Shown here one piece after another: positions 25,201 to 35,531 of a stretch of 64,000 nucleotides of DNA. Each line of letters starts with the position of its first letter. The stretch's first letter is position 1. Below the pieces are notes generated by a model that was not told where the DNA came from, did no database searches, and saw only the letters and a program-made list of their open reading frames with translations. Both the position numbers and the translations under genes were made by a program. Source of the stretch: Azolla caroliniana (lineage: Eukaryota > Plantae > Polypodiophyta). The stretch spans positions 12,958,001-13,022,000 of the forward strand of contig JBHGNT010000001.1 in NCBI GenBank assembly GCA_043228905.1. The letters are read 5' to 3'.

Positions 25201-26077
25201 ACGCGTGATCCTCCATCCACAATTGTCCTTGGTAGTTCTCGTCCTTTGACGATGGCAGTGATTGCCGGACTGTTCGTGTCTACCACTACTAACCCTTCTT
25301 TTGGATTTGAGAAGAACGCAGGAGCTGGCAACGGAATTGATGCGGTTTAGCCCTTCCGTAAACCGGGGCACTAGTTGTAATAACCGACCCAATGACAATG
25401 TAATCTGACATTCTTGTAACGCTTGCCATGTTGGGTTTTCCGGTTGAATCATGTCGGTGGCCCCTTCCGGTTTCTCCTTTTGTTGTTCAAGCTCTGCCAC
25501 ATTTTGCTCATTCGCCTTTTTTACCCACTTGGTGGCTTGCTTTTGGATTGCCTCCTATGTTTCCCACTCCGTTGTTTTGCCTTTTGCCCTGGTGGTGACT
25601 TGTTGTATGTCAGCAACTTCTGCTACCACCATATTTACGACTGGTCTTTTCTCGTAGCTTTTAACCGGACATTGATTACTGTAATGTCCATCTTGCCGGC
25701 AACAGTACCAGTACGCTTTTCGGGTGTTGCCGGATTCGGCGTTCGCTCCGGTACCCGGTTGTGGTCCTATTGGTGGTCGGTTGGGTGCTTGGCCTTGGTC
25801 CGGTTGGGTACTTGGCGTGCCCTTGTCAGGCTGCCACTGGCGGTCCTCCTTTCTAGTGTTCCATTTTTTGTTGAAGCGTTTTTTGTTCCGGTAACCCTGT
25901 CAGGGCCCGTTTTCATAGTTGCCTTGAATTTCCCCCCATTGGTTGGAACCGGGGGAGTGATCCCGATGGTATCGCTCATATTGTTCACCGTTGTAATCTC
26001 GGTAGCTATCCTGCCAGTCTCGGTCGTGAGCATCCCTTGTGTCGCTGTTCCGGATATCTTGCACCAGCCGGTAACAC
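22250..26077. repeat. Left arm (template) of a large inverted duplication
   Basis: Near-identical reverse complement at 29925-30462 plus 35532-about 38830; mirrored ORFs such as 24225..24944 and 36132..36851. Confidence 0.95.
23056..23507 (+). repeat. 3' LTR of C1 (452 bp)
   Basis: Starts tgttgagcggcaagctcaa like 17472; ends CA; followed by the TSD. Confidence 0.92.
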
Positions 26078-27050
26078 TCATCTCGCCGCCATCGTTCTTC
26101 TTCCTCCTCCCGGTTGCTCCGGGGTTCAATTTGGCTTACCGGTGCCACTTGCCGGTTCAGCAAGTTATATTCGCATCGGTCCATTGTGTGCGTCCTGGAA
26201 TGGCATAACATGCATTGTGTCTGCATGATACATTCTATTGCCGAGTGCCCGACATTGAGACAAGTTGTACATTGTATAGCTTGCCGAAAACGTAGGTCGT
26301 CTTTTGTTGGTAATGTACGCTGAAGTGCCCCCATTGTTAGCCACAAGCTTGTTTTCTCCATCTCCCTGACCCGTTCTATGACTTGGTCGATCGTGCTTGT
26401 GCGGAAATCGATCACTGCGCACACTGTACGCAGGGGTTCCCTGAGTGCGGCTAGGAATATTGCTTTCGCCTTTGCCTTCGATGGTGCCCGATTGAGCTGA
26501 TTGTGCATTCAGTGGAACCAAATTACGAATTGTTGAATGGTTTCCATAGGTTCCTGCCGTATGGTGTAAAATAGGCCGACCATCTCCCTTTGATCCACCC
26601 CCTTGTTGAACAACTGTAAAAATCTGGTTTTTAAGTCCTCAAACGTTGTGATGGTGCCGGGAGTGTGCGTCAAGCGCCATCGCGCGACTAGTCCTTCCAA
26701 GGTCATGCCGAACTCTGTAATCTTCGAGCATTCTGCTTCGGCGGCAGTCAAGCGTTGCGACACATGGTTTTCTTCCCGTGTTTGCAGAAATGCATAGACA
26801 TGAGCTTCTACGTCCGGATCATCCTGGTACTTGGGATATTGGAAGGGCATGTCGTCGTCCGGTGTTAGAGATCTTTCCTCCTCTTCTTCCGGTGTTTCAC
26901 ATGGCGGTGTCGGAAGTTGATCCGCCACTTGCCGGTCTGGGGCTTCCAGTTCCGTTAACTCTGATTCTGGTGTCGGCAAGGTATCCGACTGCTCGTACTC
27001 CGGTCCATCCGGGGTATCGTGGCTGCTACGGCAATTCGAATGGGCATTGC
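23513..27050 (-). pseudogene. G1 gag-protease-RT
   Basis: CTTCLNVGHSAIEC and CMLCHSRTHTMDRC knuckles; IVDGGSRVNVI; WLSPIVVVPKKNGK; MMFGLKTAPATFQR; VFLDDF. Confidence 0.92.
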
Positions 27051-27338
27051 AGAATGGATTCCTATCGCTAGTGCCTGCAGAATGGATTCCGCGTCCCGGA
27101 GACTGCTCAAGCTGCTTCCTTTGTCCGGTTGGGAATTCTACTGCTCGCGGAGTGACTTTGCGGCACTCACCGGATTACTTTGGAAAATGACCGATCCACA
27201 TGGATCTCTTCTACTGCCTGTTGGAAAGCCTCTCGCTTATGCAATTGTTCGGCAAGTCTTCTTGCTTGCTCCGTAACCGGGTCGTTTGTTGGTCTAGTCA
27301 TCCATGCACGCTGCTGTTCGCTGCGTTTGTGCAAGAAT

Positions 27339-27349
27339 CGTGGTCGCCA
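27339..27349 (-). promoter_or_regulatory. PBS of G1, probably tRNA-Arg
   Basis: Minus strand reads ...aacaCA gtttt tggcgaccacg; tggcgaccac is complementary to a plant tRNA-Arg 3' end. Confidence 0.6.
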
Positions 27350-27354
27350 AAAAC

Positions 27355-27824
27355 TGTGTTATCACTAGGGCTGGACAATGGCCTAACACAGGGTGTCCCT
27401 TTGAGACACTTCACCAAAGGGGTGTTGCGGTGGTAAAGTTAGACCGACTATTAATGGAACCCTGATTGGTTACTAAGCAACGAGATCATTAGTCACAATA
27501 CATGCGTAGGATAAATCACACTTAGCACAGAATGGTAATTAACACTGATTAAAATACAGAACAATAGCACTCTATTAATTCTCCGCTAATGATTACAATC
27601 TACCCGGGCCCTTTTATAGGTCTCCGGCTTTAGGTACAAACTGGTGCCAACCGGCAACCGGCTACGAACCGGTCCGGATCTGGATCGGCATACCGACTCC
27701 GGGTCCATCCGTTCGCTTCTCAAAATCATAATAATTCTATATTATAACATTGTAACTAATCAACTCCCGGTTATTAATTATCCCCCTTTTCCCATTCTGG
27801 ACTTCCCTTGCCGGCAGACTAACA
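27355..27824 (-). repeat. 5' LTR of G1 (about 470 bp)
   Basis: Minus strand TGttagtctgcc...taacaCA, TATA (cctataaaagg) near 27610-27620, next to the PBS. The partner LTR is absent, so the outer end is inferred. Confidence 0.7.
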
Positions 27825-27903
27825 TGCACTGGCTGTGTAAGATGGGGTTCATTGTTCATCTGGAATGGTCCAAAGGGTCCAATATGCATTCTGCTATATG
27901 TCA

Positions 27904-28548
27904 AGAAAACCGACCTGACCCGGAAGACACCGACTATGCAACTTGGGAGCAAGCAGCAAGCCGAGTGATGTATTGCTTGGCGACATGTGTTGACGACCAC
28001 ATGCTCGGCTACATTCGAGAAGCCGAGACGCCGAAGGAAGCGTGGGAGAACCTACGAAAGATTTTCGCCGCCAACACGACCGCAAGAAAGCTTCAACTCC
28101 ACCAAAAGTTGAACAACATCCAACAATGGGATATGTCCATTACAAGCTACACCTTGAAGATCAAAGAGCTTTGTGATGCACTCGGCTCGATAAGCGTCAA
28201 TGAGGAGGATGACGAAATGGTGCAAATATGGCTCGGTGGCCTTGCACCACGGTTCGATGTGATGCGGACCACCGTACTAGCATGGGAGAATCCGCCCTCC
28301 TTCTTCAATCTTCAATCCATGTTTTTGGTCGAAGAGAATCATGTTCGAATGAGAAGTAACGTCTCGGAAGGCCACATGCTCTACACGCATTCGGACAGAG
28401 GAAGAGGAAGCGGCCGATTCGGCAAAGGACAAGGCGGATGAGGTCCGATTTACGAAAACAACTCTCAATTATGGCAACAAGATGGAGGCCATCGAGGAAC
28501 CTTTGGAAGAAGGAGCCACCATTCCGTTTCAAACTGAAAAACCTCAAT
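27904..28548 (+). pseudogene. gag: C0 copia gag fragment (piece 1)
   Basis: WEQAASRVMYCLA..TPKEAWENLRKIFAANTTARKLQL; continues into the knuckle GYCGKVGHREEEC at 43991. Confidence 0.88.
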
Positions 28549-30462
28549 CGGAAGTGTTAGAGAGCAGAGAAAGCAGGGAATACACAGAGTATGCGGGAGA
28601 GACAAAGAGAGCAGAACCTCAAAGCTATATTCAAAAATATATAAAAACACTCTGTACTTACAACTATGCTCAATAGCATTATTTATACAAGTCCTCGTGG
28701 GACTGACAGAAGTACCGCGTACTTCAATGCTCACATGAGCATCTGACACATACTACGAGACTATAATTGCCTAGTAGTCTACACTAGTACTAGGCTTCCG
28801 GTTACTGATTGGATCCGGCAAACCGGCTCCCCAGCTCACCGACTTTGTTGCTTGACGGCTTGGTTGCTCACAGCTTACCGATCCGTCTCGCTTGCCGGCC
28901 CAGGTTTATTCAGCCGATCCGGCTCCAGTTGAGCTTGCCGCTCAACACTCCCCCTCAAGCTCAACTTGAGGTTGGATCTTAGTGCTAGTCTCTGTGGCAG
29001 TCGGTTCTTCCAACCAACTTCTCCTGGTGTCGCTCCGCCTTGCTCGCGCTCCTCGTCCGGTCCGGTTTTGTTTGCTGTGACCCCTCTTGTTCTGCGCGCC
29101 TCGACCTTCTCGGTCGGTATGTCTGCTCAATAGGCCCCTCTCAGCTCCTTCGCTGCTATGACTCCGACGCTTGCCGATCCGTCAGTTCCCCCGCGATGGC
29201 ATCGACTTCCGTTGCATCCGTGTCTGCTAGGCCTTGAATTAATCCAGTTCTTCCGAATCTGTCTTTTGAACCGAATCGACTGTCTCCAATTCGTTCCAGC
29301 TCTTGTCCGAATCGGTTGCTCCCGATTCGTCTTCTGGTTCCAAGCCCTTCACCACATCGGACCATGTCCGGGTCTTGGCCTTCTTCCTTCGGTCGGCTCT
29401 GTCCTTCTTGACTCTGCCGCCCCCTGTTCTTCCCTCACCGGCGCAATCGGCAGTCTCTTTGCCTTTGCCCGTTGCTGTGTCTTTGCCCGTTCTCCCCCTC
29501 AAGTGTGGCACATCGAGATGCTGAACACCTAGCTTGTCAGTAAAGTGCTGCAACTTGTTCGATCCGAGCGGCTTGGTGAAGATGTCGGCAACTTGCCAAT
29601 TCGTGTGAACATACCGAAGTTCAACCTCACCGCTCAGGACACGCTCACGCACGAAGTGATAGTGCACTTCAAAGTGCTTTGTGCGAGCATGGAATACAGG
29701 GTTCTTGGTGAGTTGCATGCTGCTTATGTTGACGCAGTAGACCAGAATCGGGGTCGGTACCTCGATCCGTATGTCTTGTAGCAGTTGCCGAAGCCAAATG
29801 GCTTCACAGGTGGCAATGGTAGCGCCCCGATACTCAATCTTAGTGCTCGACCGAGCAACTGTTGGCTGCTTTTTGCTGCTCCACGCAACAACCACGCAAC
29901 AACCACGCAACTGGAGGTTGATCCGTGTTACCGGCTGGTGCAAGATATCCGGAACAGCGACACAAGGGATGCTCACGACTGAGACTGGCAGGATAGCTAC
30001 CGAGATTACAACGGTGAACGATATGAGCGATACCATCGGGATCACTCCCCCGGTTCCAACCAATGGAGGGAAATTCAAGGCAACTATGAAAACGGGCCCT
30101 GACAGGGTTACCGGAACAAAAAACGCTTCAACAAAAAATGGAACACTAGAAAGGAGGACCGCCAGTGGCAGCCTGACAAGGGCACGCCAAGTACCCAACC
30201 GGACCAAGGCCAAGCACCCAACCGACCACCAATAGGACCACAACCGGGTACCGGAGCGAACGCCGAATCCGGCAACACCCGAAAAGCGTACTGGTACTAT
30301 TGCCGGCAAGATGGACATTACAGTAATCAATGTCCGGTTAAAAGCTACGAGAAAAGACCAGTCGTAAATATGGTGGTAGCAGAAGTTGCTGACATACAAC
30401 AAGTCACCACCAGGGCAAAAGGCAAAACAACGGAGTGGGACACATAGGAGGCAATCCAAAAG

Positions 30463-33400
30463 TGTTGGGATTACGGTCCCTTCGGATGGGATGGTCGGAT
30501 GTCGGAGATGAATGCCGACAAGCCCGGTTTCGGTTTCGGATCCGGATGACGAAGACCCCGGCTTCGGTGCCGGATGACGAATGTACCCAGAGAGCGATCC
30601 GGATGCAGGGACATATCCGTGAATATGTTCGCTATGGGCCCCTGAGGCCACAGTTGTAAATAGCCCCAAAGTCATATGTGTATAAATATGACTTAGGGCA
30701 AACAGTTTTAATGTTGCTACCTATTTTTCTGTTTTCCCACTCAAGAGGAGTGAAGAGAGAGCAGCCGTGAGAGAGAGAGAGAGATAGAGCGCGAGAGAGG
30801 AAGAGGTAGACGCCTCTGTGTATTTCCGCCGCCTGTGGCGAGGACAGCGAGCTCAAGGTCGTCGCCTTGCAGCTCGCCATTGTATACTTCTCTGTATAGC
30901 GTTGGTTTGGAGACTTGTACTCCCGTGGTTTTTCCCGTCTAGGGTTTTCCACGTTAATCCCTGTGTGCTCGCGTCTTGTTTCTCCGTGTGGTTCCTATTT
31001 TCTGCTCCATTGATTCGCGCATACTCGGTTGTGGCCGAGTGGTAAAGGAGGATAGAAGCGTTTATTCCTTGCAAACTGGTATCAGAGCGAACTGCTGCAG
31101 AAAATGGAAGGCGGCGGCAGCGGGCAGCCGGGGATGATGGTGCTGAATGCGCAGAATTACGCCGACTGGAAGATCAAGATGGAGGATCTTCTGATTGTTC
31201 GGGACCTGTACGAACCGATTGACAGGTCGGAAATACCGAAAGGGGTACTTGAGTCGGAATGGAGGCTTCTGAACCGGAAAGCCGTTGCAACCATTCGGCA
31301 ATACGTCGACGTGAGCGTCCTACAACATGTGGCAAACGACACCAACGCATATGAGATGTGGAAGAAGCTGTCGGGCCTCTACGAGAGGAAGAATGCGTTG
31401 AACCGGACCTCCCTGATGAGGAAGATAGTGAATCTCAAGTACCGGGACGGCGAGAGTATGGTGGAACACGTAAGCACGTTCATGGGATTCGTGAATCAGC
31501 TTGCGGCGATCAAGTTCCCGTTGGAGGATGCAATGCAAGCCATCATCCTGATGTGTACATTGCCGGAAAGCTGGGAGAACTTGGTGGTGACTCTCAGCAC
31601 CTCGTGCACCGAAGATAACTTGTCCTTACAAACGGTAAAGACAAGTATTCTGAACGAAGAAGCGCGTCGGAGAGATAAAGAACCGGCCTCCGACTCGAAG
31701 GCGCTGCTTACCGAATCGGATCGGGGAAGACAATGGAACCGGAGTCCGCAAAGACGGGAGAAGTCGGGGACCCGGTCGCAGTCAAGAGGAAGGCCCACAT
31801 GCTTCCACTGTGGGAAGCCGGGGCACTTTCGAAAGAATTGTCGGCATTACCGAAAAGACAACGGAGCCGGCGACACCGATTCGAAGAAGTCACCGGAGAG
31901 AAACGGTGCATACCGGGGAGCCACGGACCGGAGAGGTTCGGATCGGCGAGGGCAGGACCGGAAAGGAACGACGGCACTCGCGGCAAGTGAGGAAGAAATC
32001 ATGCTCATCACCGAAGAAGGTGAACTAAACATTGCCGGCAATGAGACAACCTGGGTGGTCGATTCCGGAGCATCGTTCCACCTGACCCCGGAGAGAAGAT
32101 ACTTCTCATCCTACACAGCCGGTGAGCATGGCTGTGTTCGGATGGGAAATGAAGGTACGTGCCGGATTGCCGGCATCGGAGACGTGTGGTTGACAACCCC
32201 GACCGGATGCAAAATGCTGCTGAAGGATGTCCGACACGTTCCGGAGGTTCGATTGAACCTGATTTCGGCCGGGAGGCTAGACGATGAAGGCTACACAGGT
32301 AGCATCCGGAACGGCGTAATGAAGTTCAGCAAGGGGAGCCTGATAGTGGCTCGGGCCCGGAAAGACAACACACTGTACCTGATGAATGCCCGGTTATGTC
32401 CGGAAGAGCTGAATGTGGCAACCGACACTGCCGGTGAGCTGTGGCACAAAAGACTGTGCCACATGAGTGAGAAGGGGATGAAGAGGCTTGCAGAAGACAA
32501 CCTTATTCCAGTGAAGCAAGTGCACCTGGAGAAGTGCACCGATTGCCTGGCCGGAAAGCAAAACCGAACCTCCTTCCACTCAAGGCCACCGACGAGACGT
32601 AGCGCACCATTAGAGTTGGTGCACACTGATGTGTGTCAGGTAGAAACGAAGTCACATGGCGGAGCCCAGTACTTCGTAACATTCATTGATGATCACAGCC
32701 GGAAGCTGTGGACGGCACCGTTGAAGACAAAGGACCAAGTGTTGTGCGTCTTCAAAGAACTCCACGAGAGAGTGGAAAGGGAATCCGGCAAGAAGCTGAA
32801 AGCGATACGAGCGGATAACGGAGGGGAATACCGGGGGCAGTTCCAGGAGTACTGTCGCTCGAAGGGAATCCGACTCGAGTTTACTGTGCCGAAGACGCCG
32901 GAACTGAACGGGCTGGCCGAGAGGATGAACCGGACCATAATGGAGAGGGTCCGGAGTATGCTGGCGCATGCGAAATTACCCAAGGGGTTTTGGGCTGAGG
33001 CAATGTCGACGGCGACATACGTGATAAACAGATCACCCTCAGTACCTTTGGACGGAGACACGCCGCAGAAAGTGTGGACCGGTAAGGAAGTGTCCTACCG
33101 GCATCTGAAGGTGTTCGGGTGTCTCGCATACGTGCATGTGGCAAAGGACCGGAGAGGAAAGCTAGATCCAAAGACCCGGCCATGCATATTCCTCGATTAC
33201 GGCGATGACGAGTTCGGCTACCGAGTATGGGACCCGGTCGACAAGAAGATATTCAGGAGTCGAGACATCATCTTCATGGAGGACAAGACACTCGCCGACT
33301 GGGAGTCGGAGAAGAAGGTGAAGAGCTCCAAGTCGACCGGTGAGGATCAACTCTACGAGGAGCAGTCCCGACCGGCAAGGGACCGGTTAGCACTCGAGGA

Positions 33401-35531
33401 TCCGGCCGAAGACGGTGAAGAAACAGAACCGACCAAAGAAGATGAAAACGATACCGGAACCGGCCCCGATCCCGAAATGAATTCGGATGAAGAAGAATCG
33501 GAAGAACCGGTTACCGAAGCTCCGGAACGGAGATATCCTCTAAGAGAGAGAAGGGCCCCCCGGAGATTTCCGGAACCAGAGCACGTGCTGCTAACCGACG
33601 AGGGGGAGCCGGAGAGCTTTGAAGAAGCAAAGCATGACACCCAGAGCCGCAGGTGGTTGAGTGCCATGCAGGACGAGATGGATTCCCTGCATGAGAACCA
33701 CACATATGAACTTGTGGAGTTGCCGAAAGGAAAGCGGGCACTTCGAAACAAGTGGGTGTTCAAGCTGAAACCGGGAGATGCCGGAAACCTTTACGGACTG
33801 AAGCAGGCTCCCCGGCAATGGTACCGGAAGTTCGACTCCTTCATGACCGACGAAGGGTACCTCAAAACGCAGTCCGACCACTGCGTGTTTGTGAAGAAGT
33901 TCGAAGGAGGAGACTTTCTAATACTCCTCCTGTACGTGAACGACATGTTGATCGTCGGACGGGACCAGGTCAAGATACGGATGCTGAAGAAGGCTCTTCA
34001 CCGAACCTTCTCAATGAAGGACCTGGGTCCGGCGAGGCAAATACTAGGGATGCACATCATCCGGGACCGGAAGAAGAAGCAGTTGTGGCTGTCACAGGAG
34101 AAGTACGTGACGAAGGTGCTTCACCGGTTCAACATGTCGGAAGCAAGACCGGTCGGATCGACCCTCCCGGCAAACTGTAAGCTGTCCAGCAAGCAAAGTC
34201 CCAAGACAAAGGCTGAAAAGGAGGATATGATGAAAGTGCCGTATGCCTCAGCCGTCGGGAGCTTGATGTACGCCATGGTGTGTACGAGACCGGACATCGG
34301 ATATGCAGTCGGAGTGGTGAGCCGGTACATGAGCAATCCCGGCAAAGAGCATTGGAACGCGGCCAAGTGGATACTCCGATACCTGAAGGGCACGGCAAAC
34401 GTGTGCCTCCGATTCGGCTCCGGTAAGCCCGAACTCGACGGCTTCACCGATTCGGATATGTCGGCTGATGCAGATACCAGCCGGTCCACATCAGGGTATG
34501 TGATGACGTATGCAGGGGGAGCCGTTTCGTGGCAGTCGAGGCTGCAGAAGACGGTTGCGTTGTCAACCACGGAGGCGGAGTACATGGCAGCTGTTGAAGC
34601 CGGCAAGGAAATAATATGGATGAAGGACTTCATTAGAGAGCTCGGTATCCGGAAGGAGGAGTACCGACTCTACTGCGACAGTCAGAGTGCAATCCACCTT
34701 GCGAAGAACGCGGCCTATCACTCCCGGACGAAGCACATCCAGCGAAGATATCACTGGATCCGGGAAAGGATAGAAGACAAGGAGTTCGTGCTGACAAAGA
34801 TCCACACGGACGAGAACGGGTCGGATATGTTGACCAAGGTCCTCACACCCGACAAGCTGGAAGCATGCCGGAAGAGGATCGGATTAGAGAGACATCCCAT
34901 GCCGAAGTGAAGGGGGAGTTTGTTGGGATTACGGTCCCTTCGGATGGGATGGTCGGATGTCGGAGATGAATGCCGACAAGCCCGGTTTCGGTTTCGGATC
35001 CGGATGACGAAGACCCCGGCTTCGGTGCCGGATGACGAATGTACCCAGAGAGCGATCCGGATGCAGGGACATATCCGTGAATATGTTCGCTATGGGCCCC
35101 TGAGGCCACAGTTGTAAATAGCCCCAAAGTCATATGTGTATAAATATGACTTAGGGCAAACAGTTTTAATGTTGCTACCTATTTTTCTGTTTTCCCACTC
35201 AAGAGGAGTGAAGAGAGAGCAGCCGTGAGAGAGAGAGAGAGATAGAGCGCGAGAGAGGAAGAGGTAGACGCCTCTGTGTATTTCCGCCGCCTGTGGCGAG
35301 GACAGCGAGCTCAAGGTCGTCGCCTTGCAGCTCGCCATTGTATACTTCTCTGTATAGCGTTGGTTTGGAGACTTGTACTCCCGTGGTTTTTCCCGTCTAG
35401 GGTTTTCCACGTTAATCCCTGTGTGCTCGCGTCTTGTTTCTCCGTGTGGTTCCTATTTTCTGCTCCATTGATTCGCGCATACTCGGTTGTGGCCGAGTGG
35501 TAAAGGAGGATAGAAGCGTTTATTCCTTGCA
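30463..35531 (+). mobile_element. T1: very young Tork/Tnt1-like Ty1/copia element, TSD AAAAG
   Basis: 611-bp LTRs 30463-31073 and 34921-35531 with no visible difference; AAAAG at 30458-30462 and 35532-35536; PBS tggtatcagagcg 31077-31089 (tRNA-iMet); PPT 34909-34918. Confidence 0.97.
31104..34910 (+). CDS. Gag-Pol polyprotein of T1 (1268 aa) with an in-frame RT deletion
   Basis: CFHCGKPGHFRKNC, WVVDSGAS, WHKRLCH..CTDC, integrase HTD..ADNGGE..AER, RNase H FTDSD..EAEY..YCDS..SDMLTK. RT lacks the KARLV to VCxL block and has YVND. Confidence 0.95.
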   Translation: MEGGGSGQPGMMVLNAQNYADWKIKMEDLLIVRDLYEPIDRSEIPKGVLESEWRLLNRKAVATIRQYVDVSVLQHVANDTNAYEMWKKLSGLYERKNALNRTSLMRKIVNLKYRDGESMVEHVSTFMGFVNQLAAIKFPLEDAMQAIILMCTLPESWENLVVTLSTSCTEDNLSLQTVKTSILNEEARRRDKEPASDSKALLTESDRGRQWNRSPQRREKSGTRSQSRGRPTCFHCGKPGHFRKNCRHYRKDNGAGDTDSKKSPERNGAYRGATDRRGSDRRGQDRKGTTALAASEEEIMLITEEGELNIAGNETTWVVDSGASFHLTPERRYFSSYTAGEHGCVRMGNEGTCRIAGIGDVWLTTPTGCKMLLKDVRHVPEVRLNLISAGRLDDEGYTGSIRNGVMKFSKGSLIVARARKDNTLYLMNARLCPEELNVATDTAGELWHKRLCHMSEKGMKRLAEDNLIPVKQVHLEKCTDCLAGKQNRTSFHSRPPTRRSAPLELVHTDVCQVETKSHGGAQYFVTFIDDHSRKLWTAPLKTKDQVLCVFKELHERVERESGKKLKAIRADNGGEYRGQFQEYCRSKGIRLEFTVPKTPELNGLAERMNRTIMERVRSMLAHAKLPKGFWAEAMSTATYVINRSPSVPLDGDTPQKVWTGKEVSYRHLKVFGCLAYVHVAKDRRGKLDPKTRPCIFLDYGDDEFGYRVWDPVDKKIFRSRDIIFMEDKTLADWESEKKVKSSKSTGEDQLYEEQSRPARDRLALEDPAEDGEETEPTKEDENDTGTGPDPEMNSDEEESEEPVTEAPERRYPLRERRAPRRFPEPEHVLLTDEGEPESFEEAKHDTQSRRWLSAMQDEMDSLHENHTYELVELPKGKRALRNKWVFKLKPGDAGNLYGLKQAPRQWYRKFDSFMTDEGYLKTQSDHCVFVKKFEGGDFLILLLYVNDMLIVGRDQVKIRMLKKALHRTFSMKDLGPARQILGMHIIRDRKKKQLWLSQEKYVTKVLHRFNMSEARPVGSTLPANCKLSSKQSPKTKAEKEDMMKVPYASAVGSLMYAMVCTRPDIGYAVGVVSRYMSNPGKEHWNAAKWILRYLKGTANVCLRFGSGKPELDGFTDSDMSADADTSRSTSGYVMTYAGGAVSWQSRLQKTVALSTTEAEYMAAVEAGKEIIWMKDFIRELGIRKEEYRLYCDSQSAIHLAKNAAYHSRTKHIQRRYHWIRERIEDKEFVLTKIHTDENGSDMLTKVLTPDKLEACRKRIGLERHPMPK

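Larger units (their letters stand above)
1..27824 (-). mobile_element. G1: degenerate Athila-like (non-chromovirus) Ty3/gypsy element, interrupted by A, C1 and a probable solo LTR; 3' LTR outside the window
   Basis: Minus-strand order: LTR 27355-27824, PBS, gag with CCHC knuckles, PR (IVDGGS), RT (FLDGFNGYNQI, VFLDDF), RH (ARWTLLLQEFEF, VADYLS), INT ([15 protein letters not shown] motif), extra ORF. The frame rejoins across both insertions. No additional archaeal-type RNase H seen. Confidence 0.88.

Noticed and set aside
27644-28441. 265-aa ORF as an intact gene
   Set aside because: It starts in the antisense G1 LTR and runs into a copia gag fragment.
29239-30675. 478-aa minus-strand ORF as a novel gene
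   Set aside because: Chance read-through across antisense T1 LTR, antisense G1 gag and the C2 RNase H.
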